Below are positions 19,303 through 31,880 of a stretch of DNA of 64,000 bases, piece by piece; position 1 is the stretch's first letter; each line of letters opens with the position of its first letter. The notes under the pieces were generated by a model that ran no database searches, was not told the origin of the DNA, and worked only from the letters and a program-made list of their open reading frames with translations. Position numbers and translations under genes: made by a program. This DNA is from Eledone cirrhosa (taxonomy: Eukaryota): NCBI GenBank assembly GCA_964016885.1, contig OZ024741.1, forward strand, positions 154,318,001 through 154,382,000, written 5' to 3'.

Positions 19303-19493
19303 ATAATTGTTTCTACTTTTGGCACAAGGCCAGCAATTATCCCAGTGTATTACTGGTACTTTATTTTATCGACCCTGTAAGGGTGAAAGGCAAAGTTAAC
19401 CTTGGCGGGATTTGAACTCAGATCATAAAGGGAGGTAACTATGCTTCAAAGCATGGCGTCCGACCCTCTACCGATATTGCCAATCCACCGCAC
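19303..19493 (-). mobile_element. Nin-domain-type tRNA SINE with 15-bp TSD
   Basis: Core GCCTTTCA..CTTAC.GGGTCGATAAAATAAAGTACC; B box GAGTTCAAATC; TSD CTTCAATGAAATAAT (19290-19304 and 19493-19507). Confidence 0.88.
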
Positions 19494-20496
19494 TTCAATG
19501 AAATAATGATGTTAGTAAATCCCTCAAAATTCTACATTAATTGAAATAGAATGGATTTCATTAGAAATCCAGCCATGAAAGAGTTCAACAAGGCACTTCA
19601 TTTTACATTGGTGTAGTTCACTCAGCTGAAAAGGAGTACCAGTAGAAGCAGGAGTTAACCATGCAATGGACTGGTCTTCTCTCAAAGGAAGTGTCTTGTA
19701 CTATCAGTCACTTAATACCACATGAAACTAGGTTAAATTCCAGCCTTTTCCAACTCATGCCAGCATTGAAAAACTAATGTAAAGCTGTTGATGATGATGA
19801 TGATGATGTGTATCCCAGCTTTCAGAAAAGGTACACTGTATCCCCATATGTTGTAAGAGGTGACTAAAAGCATTGGTGTCAGGAATGACATCTAACTGTA
19901 AAACAGTGTCTCAAATCATTCCATCCAACCCATGCCATCATGTAAAAATGATGTCATATATATATATATCATCATCATCATTTAATGTCCGCTTACCCTG
20001 CTAACAAAGGTTGGGAAGGTCATCAGAAAACCAGGTTGGTATTAAAGCCTGCATTTCACATTCCTGTACCCTACTGTACTGAGGGCTCAGATAGGCCATC
20101 AGCCTGCCTCACACCATCAAATTTATTTTAATGTGATGTCAGAATTAGGGAGATTTTCTTGTCTTTGACACAACTGAAGAGTCCTCCCAACTCTTTGGAA
20201 GATTTTCTATGGCTGAATGACATTCCTATCACCAACCTCTTTACTGGGTGTAGAGGGCATGTTTATCATATAAACTACCAAGACTAGGGACGTTAGTTGA
20301 AAAGTCCTCCCAACCACTTTATAGAATGTACTGGGTGCATTAATTGTATAAATAACTACCACTGGAGAGTCCTCTCAACCCATTTTTGGCATGGTATCTA
20401 CAGCGGGATGTCCCTCATGTCACCAACCACCATACATGTAGCAAGTAGCTAAGAATATGACTCCAAATCATCTCTCTCTCATGAGAGCATGTGTGT

Positions 20497-20553
<57 letters not shown>

Positions 20554-20559
20554 GTAGTA

Positions 20560-20856
20560 GTCAAAAGGAAGACCTGCAAAGGCTAGAAAGAAATGAAGTG
20601 AGTATGCTCCATTAGATGTGCAATTTCAGCATGCATGACCAACATAGCATAAATGAGCTGAGAGAAAAACGTGGTAGAAGAGGAATTTGTAGTGTGCAAA
20701 AGAGAAGGCTGTGTTGGTATGGACATGTGATGCATATGGAAGATGACAGCTGTATAAAGTGGTGCAGATAAATCTCAGTTGATTGGACCTGTAGAAGTGG
20801 CAGAGTCATGAAAACTGATCTCAAGAAGCCAAACCTCACAACAGAGATGACAATCA
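20560..20856 (+). mobile_element. Degenerate RTE LINE 3' fragment
   Basis: LERNE..., RRLCWYGHVMHM similarity to the other copies. Confidence 0.75.
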
Positions 20857-21183
20857 CTCCTTAGCAATGACCCCTCACCATCAATGGTCATCCTGTTCAC
20901 CCGCTTCTACTATTACTCCTTAGTAGTTATTCTCACCATCACTGTACACACCTACACCTCTGAAATCCTAACACCTATACAATCTAACCAAGATCGCCCT
21001 TTATTTAAATCCAGACACTAGTCATAATCCCTTAGTATCTGTGAAAACATCACATTCCCTCCTCTTTACTCACTCAAATTCCACCTCTCCGCAGCCAGCA
21101 CTTTTCATGCACCCATGACACCATACACATCATCCCTGTTAACCCCAGCCCGTCTTACTGACTCCCTATGCTAGAGATACTAC

Positions 21184-21224
<41 letters not shown>

Positions 21225-21282
21225 ACAGCACAGCACATGGAAGAAATATATTAGTTTAATGCTTGAAATAGCAGGAAGAGAG

Positions 21283-21318
21283 TCTTAACGTTTTGGAAAC
21301 TAGTCCTTCATCAGAAGA
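21283..21318 (-). ncRNA. Minimal type I hammerhead motif of PLE pLTR (G12A mutated)
   Basis: TCTT CTGATGA AGGAC-TAGT-TTCC AAAACGTT AAGA; downstream flank matches 53071-53140. Confidence 0.7.
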
Positions 21319-21509
21319 TAGAGTTAGAAATAGAAGATAAATAGAAAGTAAAGAGTGATGAGAGGAAGGAACAGGGAATATGAGATTAAAAAAATTGGGG
21401 AGAAAAACACGTGCATATTCAGTCGGCCATCTTGATGTATACATGAAAGAGAGAGAGATGATTTGGAGTCTTCTTCTTAGCTACTTGCTGCAACATATGT
21501 ATATGTATA

Positions 21510-22600
21510 AATAGTGGGATCACAGGTAAGCTAACTAAGAACATAGATTTCACATGTGGCCGGTGCTCTGGTGCAATAAGTAGCAGCAAGTGCCCACAAA
21601 ATACTAGCTCTTTCAACTGTGCAGAGGGCTCTATAGAAATAGTGGACAGCTTCCGTTACCTGGGTGACAAAATCAGCAGTGGGGGAGGGTGCTCTGAAAG
21701 TACAGTAGCTAGAGTCAGAACTGGATGGAAAAAGTTCAGAGAGCTTATACCACTATTAGCCGCTAAAGGGTTCTCCCTAAAAATGAAAGGCAGGTTGTAT
21801 GATGCTTGCATACGAACAGCAATGTTGCATGGCAGTGAGACCTGGGCATTGTGTGCAGAGGATATATGCAGACTAGAGAGGAACGAAGCTTGCATGCTCC
21901 GCTGGATGTGTAATAGTAATATACGTGAACGGCAAAGCATAAACGAACTAAGGAAAAAATTAGAAATAAGAGGGATCAGATGTTGTTTACTCAAGAGAAG
22001 GCTACGTTGGTATGGACATGTGATGCGCATGAAAGTCGATAGCTGTATAAAAAAGTGCAGGGCAATAAAGATAGACGGTAGCCACGGAATAGGCAGACCT
22101 AGAAACACCTGGGACGAGCTGATAAACTCCGACCTCACACACTTACACCTCTCCAAGACAATGTCACTGGACCGAGACCTTTGGCGGTACTCAGTAATAG
22201 AGAAGACCCGCCTTACCTAAATACATAGTAAAACCTACTACAGTCAGTAGGCATCTCTAACAAAATACACCCCCCCCCCCCCATCCACACCACCCCGTTC
22301 TATGTAAAGTTATGTTGGTGCCACACCATCCAGGCCGAAACAAATGAGATCGTGTAGGTATCACGACAAAAAAACACACAGTTCACGCTGTAATGTGGCT
22401 GTGTAGGCAACACGGTAAAAACCTCCCAGACCCACAAATGTGGTTGGTGTTAGGAAGGGCATCCAACTGTAGAAAACCTGCCAGACAGTCCTATGCGAGC
22501 AAGACAATCACTCTTGCCTCAAGTGGGAAAACCCACCGTCCAAACCCATGCAAGCGTCGAACACGGACGTTAAATGTTGATGATGATGATGATGATGACT
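21510..22600 (+). mobile_element. 3' fragment of RTE LINE
   Basis: ORF 21642-22220; 3' UTR and (GAT)n tail. Confidence 0.93.
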
Positions 22601-23544
22601 TCCTTTTGGGAGATGTGCTGTAGGTGAGTGTTTGGTGGATATAGTAGTGTTGTTCAACACAGATTAATTAGGTTTTTAAACACATGTTTAATGCATGTTT
22701 ACCTGCTTCTTTCTTTCTTTTTCCTCATCCCCTCTGTCTTTCTCATACACCCTTTCTCTCCCCCTCCACCCTTTCTGTTTGAGTGCCATGCAAAGGTATG
22801 CTAGAACTTTAGACTATATGCCATATGTTTTGCTGTGGTCCTTTACATTAAACATAACAGTGTAAACGACATTCTGTTAAATGTGAAGAAGAGGAGGTGC
22901 GTGATGAAGTGGCAGTGTGGAGGGAGGTGAGTGTGATGGAGTGGTACTGTGGTTGTGGGTGAGTGATGAAGTGACTGTGGTGGTGGGTGAGTGTGATGGC
23001 GTTGCACTGTGGTGGAGGAAGATGAATAATGGAGTGGTACTGTGGAGGAGCAGAGGGAAGTATGACATTGTGGAAGTATGACATTGAAGTATGACATTGA
23101 GTGTAACGGTGTGACACTGTAGGAGGGAGTATGAGTGTGACACTGTAGAGGGAGAGAGAGTGAGTGTGACACTGTTATACTATGGAGGCTGAGTGCAATT
23201 GCGTGGAACTGTGGAGGGGGAAGTGTGATGGTGTAGCACTGTAGAAAAGTGTAAAGTGTGACGGTGTGGCAAAGTATAAAGAGAAAACAACTATTACTAA
23301 ACTCAGACACGGAGCAAACACATGAAAGTTGTCCAATTTTATACCTCCTATGTAATACATTACTTTTTATAAAAATCCTTGAATACCAAAATCTCTCATC
23401 AGAAGGAAACGAAGATGTTAGACAGATAAAATACATTTTTGTCAGAATTACTCATTTTGATGAAGAGGCAAAAATAAAATATATCATTTTGTTTGATTCA
23501 TTTAGGAAATATGTTTCTATTCAAAGAACTAAATAAAGTATGTT

Positions 23545-24010
23545 TTAACACTTTGGATACCAAACTACCTGAAACCACCTCTAGTTCTACGATACAAAAC
23601 TGTTTTAAAATATTTTAAGGAGTTTATATTTATCTAAAAATTTTCTATCATAATTTTAAATAAGAAGCTTTCTTAAATTATGTTCCAAACACTAACTAAA
23701 TATTGAGTAAGTTATATAACTAAATCCCTCTCAAAGTCTTGATTAGGTTCAAAATTATTTTAAAATCATATTTCAATAAAAATTTCTAATAAAAGGTTTA
23801 ACCATTTAGTATTCACATTACTCTATATGTACTATTGTATTTTCACAGAAAAGGCTTCATTTCAAATAATATCGAATCTACGAAATTTTGATATTTACTT
23901 TGAAAACAATACGTTAACATCAGTATGAGTGACCGGCTGTAACGGTTTGAACAAAAAGAGGTGAGAGAATTCTGGCTCGATATGGCCGGTTTAAATGCTA
24001 TAGGATTAAA
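23545..24010. mobile_element. Two adjacent TTAA-flanked MITEs (families B and A)
   Basis: TTAACAC...GATACC..CTGAAACC..TTCTA.GATAC (family B; also 31426-31639, 34381-34588, 34826-35070, 28440-28640) followed by family A. Confidence 0.6.
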
Positions 24011-24567
24011 GTGTTTATATTGTTCCAAACACTAGCTTAATAATGAGAAAGTTGGTTACCCTGATTATATTTTAAATTCTTGATTCATCAGCATCATTTA
24101 ACATATTTCTCTGCAAACAAGGGTTTGATGGATTGTTACAGACCAAGTTAGTACTCAACTGAAGCTACTGACCTCTCACATGGACAATTTCAATGCTCTA
24201 CCAAGTGCATTTTAACATGGTACCTGCACTAGAGAGGTTGTCACATATTTGACACAGCTGAAAAGTCCTACTGATTGTTTGTGTGGCAGTTTTACTATGG
24301 CTGGATGCGCTTCCTATCACCTATCACTTTACAAATTGACTTGGTTTTCAAAATTATTTGAAAGTCATAGTGAGTGAGTTTCATTAGAAATATGGTAATG
24401 AAAGGATTAAAAGTGAAGAAGCTATTGCATTATATCAGGTCATTGAATAAGAAAAAAAAATTCACTACTAGAGCATAAGAGTAGAAAGAAACACCCTACT
24501 GTTGACATAGGAAAACAATCAGATGTTTTTACCAGCTGAGCAAAAACATTTACCTTTAATAAAATAA

Positions 24568-24598
<31 letters not shown>

Positions 24599-24690
24599 TA
24601 TATATATACGTGTATTATTAACGAATGTGAGAATGAGTACTCAATACAGAAGTAGAGTTTAAATATTCATTTATTATGGCTGTGGTGAGC

Positions 24691-24739
24691 CTTGTTACTC
24701 TGGGATTTCACATGTGCACTCACAGAATCATCAGTCAAG
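24691..24739 (-). ncRNA. Hammerhead-like motif in a putative PLE pLTR (24610-25000)
   Basis: CTTGA CTGATGA TTCTGTG-AGTG-CACATGT GAAA TCCCAGA GTA ACAAG; stem I CTTG/CAAG; downstream GTATTGAGTACTC shared with 25198. Confidence 0.55.
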
Positions 24740-24997
24740 ACTAAATTTTCAGTAACAGACAAAATAAAGAGGGAAATCTCAAGGAAGGGGGATAGGTGTT
24801 TTTAAAACAGCTATCCCCTCATCAATGTATCAACACTGGGTTGTTATGTGACCTATGGTAACTTGGTTGTTACATAATTATAGTCAATGGCTGAAGAAGT
24901 GAGCTTTGTTTTCCATATGACTGAGTACATTATGTATTTTGTCCGCATTGTGCCTGTTTAGCTATCTTTCATTGAAAATGCATGCAAATTTAGTCTC

Positions 24998-25060
<63 letters not shown>

Positions 25061-25062
<2 letters not shown>

Positions 25063-25255
25063 GGAAAAAAGTTAGGACCCCGACAGCTGAGCTCTGGTCA
25101 TTTTGACAGCTAGATCCGAACCAATTTCAACGGATCTAGCTACCAAAACGACCGAAGCTCAGCCGTCGGGGTCCTGACTCTTTTCCTACTACCCTAAGTA
25201 TTGAGTACTCTGGTGCGTTACGGTCCACCTGGTTTCTTACCACACTTTCTTTGTT
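25061..25255 (+). mobile_element. PLE-type terminal fragment with fold-back (25061-25188)
   Basis: TAGGAAAA..GGACCCCGAC...GTCGGGGTCC..TTTTCCTA; tail homologous to 48130-48205 in inverted orientation. Confidence 0.6.
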
Positions 25256-25280
25256 ATATATATATGTATGTATGTATATA

Positions 25281-25452
25281 ATAATTGTTTCTACTTTTGG
25301 TACAAGGCCAGCAATTACCCAAGTGCATTATTTTATTAAATCCGTAAGGATGAAAGGCAAAGCTAACCTCGGCAGAATTTGAACTCAGAACGTAAAGGGC
25401 CATAATTCTATGCTTGCAAAGCATGGTGTCTGACACTCTACTGATACTAGCA
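25281..25452 (-). mobile_element. Nin-domain-type SINE
   Basis: Same core as 19303-19493. Confidence 0.85.
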
Positions 25453-25577
25453 AAATAAAATGGACAAGGTGTTAAACTTTCATTACATTTATTGAGGTGT
25501 GTTTCACGAGTGATCAGTTCAAGGTTTGATCTATATCGATCAGACCCCGACTCTGGAATCCCTAAGCTATATATATA

Positions 25578-26838
25578 CTAAGTTAACTTGTCTAAGACTA
25601 AAGTTCTAGTATGTAGAAAGAAAAATAGGGCACAGGTGCCCTCTGGGAAATGGCCATGCTCACTGTGTAGGAAAGGAGTAGGTAGAAATTCCATTTTATG
25701 TCCCAAATGCAAACTATGGGTACATAAAAGATGTAGTGGGATCACAGGTAAGCTATCTAAGAACGTAGACTTTATATGTGGCCAATGCTCAGGTGCAATA
25801 AGTAGCAAGTGCCCACAAGATACTAGCTCCTTCTATTGCCCAGATGGTTCTATACAAATAGTGGACACTTTCCATTACCTGGGTTACAAAATCAGCAGTG
25901 GTGGAGGGTACACTGAAAGTACAGTAGCCAGATTCAGAATGGGATGGAAAAAGTTCAGAGAGCTTATACCGCTGTTGGCCACAAGAGGTTTCTCTCTAAA
26001 AATGAAAGGCAGATTGTATGATGCCTGTATACGAACAGTAATGTTACATGGCAGTGAGACATGGGCATTGTGTGCAGAGGACCTGCGCAGACTGGAAAGG
26101 AACGAAGCATGCATGCTCCATTGGATGTGTAATAATAATATACGCGAACGACAAAACATAAATGAACTAAGTGAGAAATTAGGAATAAGAGGGATCAGAT
26201 GCTGTTTACTTGAGAGAAGACTACGTTGGTATGGTTATGTGATGCGCATGAAAGATGACAGCTGTATAAAAAAGTGCAAGGCGATCAAAATTGATGGAAG
26301 TTACGGAGTAGGTAGACCCAGAAAAACCTGGAACGATCTGATAAATTCCGACCTTACACACTTACACCTCTCCAAGACAATGTCAGTAGACCGAGATCTT
26401 TGGCGCTACGCAGTAATACAGAAGACCCGCCTTGCCTATGTACAAAGTGGAACCTACATATACACCTCTTAACCAAATATACACCGCAACCCACTACCCC
26501 TACTCCCACCAACACTACCCTTTCTCTGTAACGTTATGTTGGTACCATAACATCCAGTCCAAACTAACGAGGTCGTGTAGGTGTCACAACAAAAAAAAAA
26601 AACACAGTCCATGCTGTAATGTGGTGGTGTAGGTAACATGGTAAAAAGCTCCCAGTCCACACTGTAAATGTGGTTGGTGTTAGGAAGGGCATCCAGCCGT
26701 AGAAAACCTGCTAGATAGTCCTATACAAGTGAGACACGGTCACCCGACCAACCTTGCCTCAAGTGAGACAAGTTCCCGTCTAACCCATGCTAGCGTGGAA
26801 GATAAACGTTAAACGATGATGATGATAATGATGATGAA
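25578..26838 (+). mobile_element. 3' fragment of RTE LINE including PHD finger
   Basis: ORF 25588-26472 WPCSLC..CPKC..HKRC..CGQC..FHYLG; (GAT)n tail. Confidence 0.93.
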
Positions 26839-28209
26839 CATGGCCAACAACTAATACAATTAAACAATTAACACAACACTCCTATACTATCAGTACACAG
26901 ACAGTTATACACACAAGCACTACCACCACCACCACCACAAATGGCACAACATCTCTCCTTCACAGTGACACTTGTAACTACTCTACCTCCTTACCCAGTG
27001 TCACCACACCTTCACCCTCTCATTCTGTGATATACATAGGCCTCTTCCTGAAATAGCACAGCTTTGATTGCTACACACCCATTTACATATACTTCGATTT
27101 CAGCCATGGCTTCTACCTCACCCGGATACAGACAAGATTATGCACACAAACAGCATATAAACTCCCCCAAACACACTGATAACACCTATAAACACATACA
27201 CACTCATATATAAGCATACACCACACACAAATGTGTACACACATGCACACATAAAAATACATAAACACACACAAAAAATACATTAAAAATTCAGACACGT
27301 GTAGATACACACACATGCAGACTTCCATCAATGATACACAAAATATACACACACACAAGTGAAATAATGCACACTAACGAAATGCTCTTCATCTGCACAC
27401 ACATAACAGTACCAATGATACACCAGGACTCTCCACCTTGTCCCCCACCCTCACACACTGGACTACTTACCTGCCCTCCTCACCTGTCTTAAAGTACTTA
27501 TTTTTTCCCCAACCTTCCAACATTCGTTTTTCTAACCTCCTTCCTCTCTATTCAACTTTGCTTTTTCCCCGATGAAGGACTTACATCTGATACACTAAGA
27601 CATTTATTTACTTCCTTTTTCTTCATTCCCAAGCACGAACCTAATAAGACTGTATTTTTGTAACTCTGTCTTTGTCTCATTATTCTTGAACTATATATAT
27701 ATATTGTGTGTGTGTGTTGCTTCAATATGTAATCATAGCGGTAAATATAATATCTTGTATGAAATACATGGTAAACTGATTCTGTGCCATTGCCTTTGAG
27801 AAGTACAATTGTATAAGGTCAGCTTTTATCCCAAGTCTTCATACTCCATAGCTTCCATCAACTTTGAGCATCCTGCACCTTTTTATACAGCTGTCATCCT
27901 TCATATGCATCACATATCCATACCTTTGCAATCTCCCTTCTTGGGTGCGTTTATCATGTAGATCACCAACACTAGAGAGGGTTTTGTGTTTTTGACACAA
28001 CTAAAGGGTCCTCTCAACCCTTTTAGACATAGTTTCTACAGTGAGGTGTCCTTCCCGTCGCCAACCACCCTTATAGTGTATCAGGTGCATTTTCATGGTA
28101 CCATCACTAGAGAGGTTGTTGGTCATAGACCCAACTGTAGAGCCTTCTCTGCTCTAGGGAGGGGGAGGAGGCATTAATGGTTGATTATGCTCAAAATTAT
28201 ATATATATA

Positions 28210-28437
28210 TCATCATCATCATCATCATCGTTTAATATCTATCTTCCACGTTAGCATGGGTTAGATGGGAATTGTCCCACTTGAGGCAAGATTGATCGGG
28301 TGACTGTGTCTCGCTCGTATAGGACTATCTGGCAGGTTTAGTCCTATACGAGCGAGACATGGTCACCCGATCGATCTTGCCTCAAGTGGGACAATTCCCA
28401 TCTAACCTATGCTAGTGTAGAAGATAGATCTTAAACG
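28210..28437. mobile_element. RTE 3'-end fragment folded back on itself (~95-bp arms)
   Basis: 28229-28326 is the reverse complement of 28339-28437. Confidence 0.88.
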
Positions 28438-28764
28438 TATTTAGCATAATCAACAATTTGGAAGGATTTAGTAATATAACCAAACTTTCTCATTATTAAG
28501 CTGGTATTTGGAACATAACTTAAAGGTTCTCGCATAAAATTATGATGAAAGAACTTTATATATATAAGTACTCTAAAACAAACGATCTTGTATCATAGAA
28601 CCAGAGCAGTTTCAGATAGTTTGGTATAAAAAGGGTTAAATCATGTTACTTCAGTGCCATTATAGCAAAGACAAAACAAGCATGAAAGTTAATTGCGCCA
28701 AGTATTAGCTACTTCTTAAAGAATGAATTCTCCGTCTCTCTTTCTCTCTCTATCGATGTTATAG

Positions 28765-28810
28765 CTAATTCTGTGGAGTGGCAGGGGAGACTTCATGGCC
28801 TACTGAACAG
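28765..28810 (+). CDS. Candidate 46-nt coding exon (xNSVEWQGRLHGLLN), host gene unidentified
   Basis: CT-rich tract + TAG acceptor; CAG|GTATGA donor; only one stop-free frame (phase 1 to phase 2). Confidence 0.5.
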
Positions 28811-29399
28811 GTATGAATGGTTAAGTTGTAAGTAATTCATTTTAAACAGAGGGAGCTTTTCAGTTCCACAACTAGCACATAGAAATAAATGAAACTAAAA
28901 CTGCTAGGCTACAAATAGATATAACAAGCTTCAGTAGAACTAATGGCCAACCTTGAATAACAGCCAAACACCACAGATTGTTATCATTTGAAGTAGAGAA
29001 CTTGTGAAATGTTCTCTGTTCAGACAAAGAAGTGGTAACACACATACACGTGTCTGTGTGTGTGTGTGTGAGTGTATGTGCGTATGTGCGTATGTGTGTG
29101 TGTGCATGTGTGTGTATGTTCGTGTGTATGTATGTGCGTGTATGTGTGTGTGTGTATGTACATGTGTGTGTGTATCTTGGACCTTCTGCTGGTTGAAACT
29201 TCTAAATATATGCTGCAGAGAAATCTGTTTTCTCGGGGGATACACAAACGTAATTCTACAATATACACAGTATACTAACATAATTAGTAAACTGAAACGG
29301 TATAATGACAGTAAACTGACACAAAATTACTAAATTACTAACCTACATAGTATACTAGTATACTTCATTTTATTTGTACAGGTGTTCATCCAGGATGGG

Positions 29400-30500
29400 T
29401 TGAACCAGCTCCAACCAGTACATCCACAGCATCATAGACAGAGGCCACCCATGCACATTGATCAGACGTCTGACATAGATACTCTTAGCCAGCTACTATT
29501 CCAATGGCAGACACCATATATATGAGGTCCAGATATTAGCTCAAGATTTGACTTGATTATGCCAATCCATATTTCCAGCTATACACCTCACTACATTTAT
29601 GCTATCTCAGGAGAGGCTCTGGCATGATTACATCACAAATTAGTTCATCTCGTGGGTGGAAGAGTGCAAGATCAAACCAACGGAGGCACTTTTTGTGAGT
29701 AGTTGTTGAAAGGAATCAATCTGGCAGTGAAAACCAATTTCTGAATTTAGCTCAAAATCCAATGCTCAAACACGGAGGATTCAGAAAAAGCAAAAGTGGT
29801 CAAAAACTTCCAGTTTGTATAAATCTGTCACTCACACTGGCCACATTTAGCAGTCATAGAGGAGGATGGTATGAATGGATCTCTGTCATAGACCAGACTA
29901 GCTTTAAAGACAACAGAATGTAGCATGTGCATGATTGATGCAGGCATCTATCTCATCTTTACCTTGGTCTGTAGAAGTGATGGCAATTACATAAATTTCT
30001 TCCAGAATCTCATCATTGATGGGGACCCTTTCAGAAGATGAGATGGCATCAGATAGTATCTTTATCCTGACTATAATGATCTTCAGACCAACATGTGATG
30101 TGTACACATTGAGGCATTCAATATCAGCAGCTATCACATGATCATCAGCATAGCCAAAGTCAGTGGCACAAAAGTCTCATCCCACAACAATGCCTGGGAA
30201 ATCCTTCAGTGTATGATCTCCAATTGAATTGATAGCATAATTAAAAAATGCTTGCCACTGGAGACCACCTACGAAAACATATCTCCAGTGAAATCCCTAC
30301 ATGAACATACCAGTATACTACAATAATCAATCTACATAACATCTAGTAGAGATCACTGTCTACTGTCAAAGATCAACTAAGCCGATCTCTATATATCTTT
30401 AGATCCAAAACAGACTTCAAGCTTGAACATGTTAGCAACATACAGATACACTTGGAATACACACTTTATTCCGTCTTGTACAGTTCACAGAAAACTGAGA
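29400..30500 (-). mobile_element. Old degenerate LINE (RTE-like RT) fragment
   Basis: ORF 29904-30137 GLKIIIVRIKIL...LEEI...EIDACINHAHATF resembles RT domain 6-7 and thumb. Confidence 0.6.
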
Positions 30501-30544
30501 CAAAGCGTCTCCCACCAAATACTGCATGAAAAATAATTAAATTT

Positions 30545-30830
30545 TCAGCTCACACCAAAGCAGGTTTAATTGGCCTTCTATGAGATTGCATCTCATAAAA
30601 GGTTTCTCAGGTGTTTTAATATAATGGATCCACTCCTATCATGTTGTTGCTACAGCTCACACCTAGGTTTAGCTAGCCTTCAAGGATGTTGACGCTTGTG
30701 AGGTTTCTTGGGTGTATTAATGATAGGAGCCCTAGTCATATAATGTTGTTATATCTCACATCTATACAGGTTTAGTTAGCCTTCTATGTGGTTGCATCTC
30801 ATACGAGGTATCTTGGGTGTTGTAAAGGGG
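30545..30830. repeat. ~105-110-bp dispersed minisatellite unit (3 copies here; also 17750-17850 and 33185-33375)
   Basis: CTCACACC...AGGTTTAGCTAGCCTTC...GAGGTTTCTTGGGTGTTTTAATGATAGG. Confidence 0.75.
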
Positions 30831-31880
30831 GCCCAGCATAGCACACTACATCTGATTCTTTTATATACCCCAGTTTTTTTTTTCTCTCAGTTCATATGCT
30901 TGGTTACTCAAACATTAACATAACACATTAACAACCCATCACACGTAAACAACTGCTAGGAAACAACTGACTACTAGCAAATAACTAATAACTAATTTTA
31001 CAGACTATATTACTATAGTACAGTAGAGCAGGAAACAGGCGTTGGCTGGTGTATTTTGGGGTTTTCATTTGTCTTATACATGTATGTATATATACATATA
31101 TACACATACAGTATGTTTTTTTTTTTAAAACAGGGTCAGGGGAAACTTTTGTCACTTTTAGCTTCAGACAATCATCACTACTGTATATATAAACGGATTC
31201 ATATATATATACACACACATACACAGACAGACACACGCACATATATATAGTGAGGGGAGATGTTAAATAAAGAACAATATTAAGTACTTATGAAAATAAA
31301 AATATAAAAGAACAAAGAACACAGCCAATTTGTTTAGAATCTAATAATAATAATATATTATTATTATTTGAGGAAAGAGGTTTATTGTTAGTTGTTAATT
31401 AAGTGTAAGACTTCAACAGATGCCATTAACCCTTTTGATACCAGCCTGTCCAAAACCAGCTCTGGTTCTATGAAACAAAACCACTCACTTGAAAGAGTTA
31501 TTAAATAAATAAAATTGCAATATAATTTTAGAGAAAAACCCTATGTTAACTTACTATCTTAGTAATGAAATAATTTTAATAAATTCTTCATTAGTTAATA
31601 GAGTGTATTTCATTATAAATACAGTTATGAAAGGGTTAATGTTTACAAATTTCACTTGGATATAAGCAGACCTTTAACCAACCTGCCTGAAACCACCCTT
31701 GGTTTATTTGCCATAAAGGTGATAAATGAGAAAACATAAAAAAATAATAATGGTTAAGGAGTTCGCTTTACAATAGCATGGTTTTGAGTTCAGTCCCACT
31801 ACGTAGAACCATGGGCGTCTTCTAATATAACCTCAGGTGACTAAAATTTGGTAAACAGAAACTGTGCAGGTATATATGTA

